This document shows, piece by piece, positions 60,260 through 64,000 of a stretch of 64,000 nt of DNA. The DNA is from Lama glama (lineage: Eukaryota), in assembly GCA_028534125.1 (NCBI GenBank), contig CM052849.1, positions 1,674,001 through 1,738,000 on the forward strand, written 5' to 3'. Every line of letters begins with the position of its first letter. Positions within the stretch are counted from its first letter, which is position 1. The notes beneath the pieces were generated by a model. That model ran no database searches. It had not been told where the DNA came from and worked only from the letters and a program-made list of their open reading frames with translations. The position numbers and the translations under genes were made by a program.

Positions 60260-61420
60260 GCCAGACAATCTTGAGAAAGGGCAAACTTGGAGGATTCACA
60301 CTTCCCAATTTCAGGACTCATTGCAGATCTACAGTCATCAAAACAGTGTGGAGTATCGTTGAGCCTTAGAGAGGAGGGGGATTCTGACCCCTGCCGCAGC
60401 AGGGGTGAGCCTCGAGGGCGTTATGCTTGGTGAAACAAGCCTGTCACAAAAGACAAATCCTGTAAGAGTCCACTTATGTGAGGTCCCTAGGGAGTCAAAC
60501 TCACAGAAACAGAGTAGAAGAGTGGGTGCCGGGTGTGGGGAGTTGTTGTTTAATGGGAACAGAGTTTCAGCTCTGCAAGATAAATGCATCCTGGAGATAC
60601 TCCAGATACTGTTGCATAACAATGTGAGTGTACTCAACATTGCTGAACTGAACGCTTAAAAGTGGTTAATACGGTAAAGGTTATGCTATGTGTTTTGTAT
60701 CACAATTTTTAAAAATGTGGTACTAGCCTAAGGTGAGATACATAGGTCAGTGGTGTAGAGTTGGGAGTCCAGAAATGAGTGCATATGTCTAGAGTCAGTT
60801 GATTTTCGACGAGACTGCCGAGATTCTTCAGTGGGGAAAGGACAGTCTCTCCGACAGCTGGCGCTGGGACAGCTGGACAGCCATGTGCAGAAGGATGAAG
60901 TTGGACCCCCGCCTCACACTGTACGAAAATTAACTTGAAATAGATCAAAGACCTACATTTCAGAGTAAAAACTGTAAGGTTCTTGGAAGAAAAAATAGAT
61001 GTAAATCTTCGTGACCTTGAATTAGGCAACGATTTCTTAAATGTGATACTAAAAGCACAGGTGACCAAAAATAAACAAGTAAACTATGCACCATCAAAAT
61101 TTAAAACTTTTGTGCTTCATGGGACACAGTCAAAGTGAAAAGACAGTCCACAGAATGGTGAGAAATATTTGCAAATCACATCTCTTATTAGGGACTTGTA
61201 TCTAGAATATATAAAGAACTCTTACAACTCATTAATTAGAAGACAGCCCAGTTTGAAAATGGGCAAAGGATCTGCCTAGACGTCTTCTCCAGAGAGACGC
61301 ACACACGGCCATTAAGCACAGGAAAAGGCGCCTGGCACCATCGGGACCAACCGTGGACCCAAGCCAACCGAGATGCCGCTTCTCCCCAACTAGGACGTGG
61401 GCGGGCATCAAAGACCTGAG
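60260..61420 (+). mobile_element. L1 ORF2 3' fragment with a nested L1MB-like 3' end (about 60352-60715)
   Basis: ggaggattcacacttcccaatttc...atcaaaacagtgtgg, resuming as tgtggtact...tggggaaaggacagtctc...atatttgcaaatcac. Confidence 0.85.
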
Positions 61421-64000
61421 TCAAGCCTCCTCTCGCGGGCGCCTGTGCACTGCTGGGCCTGGAGGGGTGAGGAGTGGGCCCCCCCCCGGGCTGTGCCCTG
61501 CGTGGAGCCCCAGGTCTGCTGTCCTCGGGGGCCTCTGGTTGGGTCCCTGCCTGCCGTGTGCTGGTCCCATCACGGGATGTTCTTCCCATTCGTTGCTCTC
61601 CCCGGTCCTCCTGGGCCCCTTGATGTCTTAAGAGAAAGAGGACAAGAAGCCGCCTCTGCTGGGGTGTCTAGATGGCCCAGCCTCCATGCTGCTGCTCACA
61701 GCACCCGCCCACAGGAGACAGCATCATGTCTGGACCCCTCGGCGAGGACGGCCCATTGTGCGTTAGGCCTTGTGTGAGAGGCTGGGGTTTAGCAGAAGCA
61801 GGGCTGACACAAGGGCCGTCCTGGGGGAGAGGCCTGGCTAGCGCTGCCTGCGAGGCTTGGCCTCAGTCAGCTCATGCTTGACCGACTGTGGCCTGGCCCT
61901 CAGCCCCTGTGCTGAGGGCGTGGCCTCCTTGCTAGTGCGCCTTGCTGGAACTTCACTTGGGCCCAGCCAGACACCGGCTCCCAGTGCAGCCCCACGGGCA
62001 GGTTCTCAGGGGTAAAGCGGGGCTGGCGGCCCCTTCGCAGCAGCTGTGGTGTGAGGGTGGACTGAATTAATGCTGCCCCGCTGGGCGGGATGTGTGCCCT
62101 GATGACAGAGCCGCCTGCCTTGGAAGCCCTGCTTGCACGTGGCTCTGGTGGGGCAGAGGCCACTTGCTCTGGACAGCACTGCCCCGCCATCCTCCAAGGG
62201 GGCAGCCGTGGCCCAGGGAGGCAGTATGGGGGAAACTCCCTAAGGCTCCCAGGCCCACCGCCAAAACCCTGTGTGCGTCGCTCCGTGCCCGCATGTAGGT
62301 CTGCGTGCGGACCCCGGGCCTCTGAGCACCCGTGCGGGGAACCAGTGAAGGGTGTTTCAGCAGTGGCCTCGTGCTCTGGTCTCCCCAGCACCTGAGTGCT
62401 CAGCCATGCTCCCTGCAGCTCCCTCGCTGCTGAGCCTCCAGCACTTCAGCCTCCAGCACCTGGGCCAGCCCCTGGGCCAGCCCCCATCCCCACATGTTGC
62501 AGGCAGCGTCCTGCCTCTGGGCCTCACCTGTCCTCTGGGCTTGATGGGCTGCTCACTTCCTGCAAGTTCAAATGCTGCCCATTGTCCTCTCATTCTTTCC
62601 CCAAAGATCTGTCACACCCCACATGTGGACCCCGTACTGGTCCAGCCCCCGAGTAGCTGTCAGTGAAGAAGTCAGACTGTCTGTTACCTCAGGGAGCTGA
62701 TGGACAGTGAGTCTGGACGAGGCTTGTGTGGCTGGACAGCAAGGGTATGGAGCTGGCCCTGCTCCAAGGGAGGGAGGTGCGCCTTCAGGCAGAGGACTGC
62801 CCCTCACCAGGACCCCTGTGCTGGTGAAGCCGGTGAAGGGCCTTGGGGGATTCCTTCTACTCCCAGAGGCTCCAGCCCAGCGTGTGGGGACAGCTTATGC
62901 GAAACCTGAGAAGGAGCTGCTGCCGGAGGCGCACAGGCCCAGGCAGACGTGCAAAGTGACTCGCCCGCTGTGGCCTGGCCCCAAGCGCGAGCCCTGCTTT
63001 GTGGCTTCCTGGCTCTCCTTGTCCGTAAACACGACTGCATGGGGTGAGGGATCGACCTCCTTGGCAGCTCCCGTCCTGGGCCTCAGCCGTGATTAGCGAT
63101 GGTCCCTGGGAGCTGCCTGGACGCTCTGTGCCTTGGCCATCGATCGGCTCCCTGGCGGGTCTGGGAGGCGCCCAGAGCCTGCCCTCTGCCGGTTCTGTGG
63201 GAGGCTGATTGACGGTCTGCAAGCTTGGCTAGTGCTCTCTGCACTCTTCTTTAGGGCCTGATTTTCAGGCTTCATACCTCCACCCCCACCCCGTGGTCCT
63301 CGCTCTGCCCAACCCCTTGGTCAGAGGGGCGGTCCTGATCTGATGCTGGTGCAGTGGAGAGGCTGTGCATTCCTGTCCCACAGGGGTCCTAGAACGAGGC
63401 GCACCACCCCACTTCCGTGCTGCACTCCAACATGTGCTGACCAGAAGAAAGCCTTTGCTGTGTTTATTTCTTGGTGTTCTTATGAAAATCATGACCATAT
63501 CCTTGGTGATAGAGATGCGTCTTCCAGCCTTCTGTTCTCTCTCACCCTGCCGCTGCTGCTCAGAGGGGTCACCGGCACACTTCCTACAGGTTCCCAGGGG
63601 ACCCTGGAAGAGGCTTTAGGGTCACGGCCCCAGGATAACTTCTCTCAGTCCTACTGCTCGGTGCCCTGGGTCTCCCAGGGTCACTCGCCTCTAGGAGAGG
63701 TTGACCTAGGGCCTCGGAGGAGTCTTCTGGCTCCCCACTGGCCTCACAGGTGCCCATGTCTTGTCTCCATGCCTCCTCAGCTGGGTCCTGGCTGCCCTGC
63801 CTTGCCTGGGCTCTTGTCTAAGTAAGTCTCTGGCCCCACGACAGGCTTGTGTCATCTCCTTGGGAACCCTCCCTGACCTCCCAGGCTGGCCCAGAGGTGG
63901 GCCTCCTTTGTATTCTACCTCCCCGGTGACGGTCAGGTGGGCTCTCCTGTCATCTTACACAGTGCAGGTTGAAGTCTCCAATACCCTACTCTCTCCTGTG

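Noticed and set aside
58164-64000. Further CABIN1 exons or a nested gene
   Set aside because: The next expected exon (NLQWARDVLLG...) is not found; ORFs here are GC-rich noise or L1

Overview
GC-rich mammalian genomic DNA, most likely from a camelid, judging by three tRNA-derived Vic-1-type SINEs. It holds two + strand genes. The first is a complete three-exon DDT (D-dopachrome tautomerase, MIF family; CDS 115-222, 547-722, 2303-2393). About 2 kb downstream are the CpG-island promoter and exons 1-28 of CABIN1 (calcineurin-binding protein 1, HIRA complex subunit); its ATG is at 10620, exon 26 is inferred to lie in an N gap, and the gene continues past the window end. Introns carry L1, L2, MIR, MER58/MER63-like and Vic-1 relics, plus a 42-bp L1-derived minisatellite. 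Main observations: (1) DDT has lost its canonical stop and gains a 6-aa tail; (2) the antisense strand of the DDT 3' flank holds a disabled, splice-acceptor-bearing counterpart of the human DDTL terminal exon; (3) a strong-Kozak out-of-frame uORF overlaps the CABIN1 start. Comparisons with human and mouse are from recalled sequences, not searches. No prokaryotic-type system is present.
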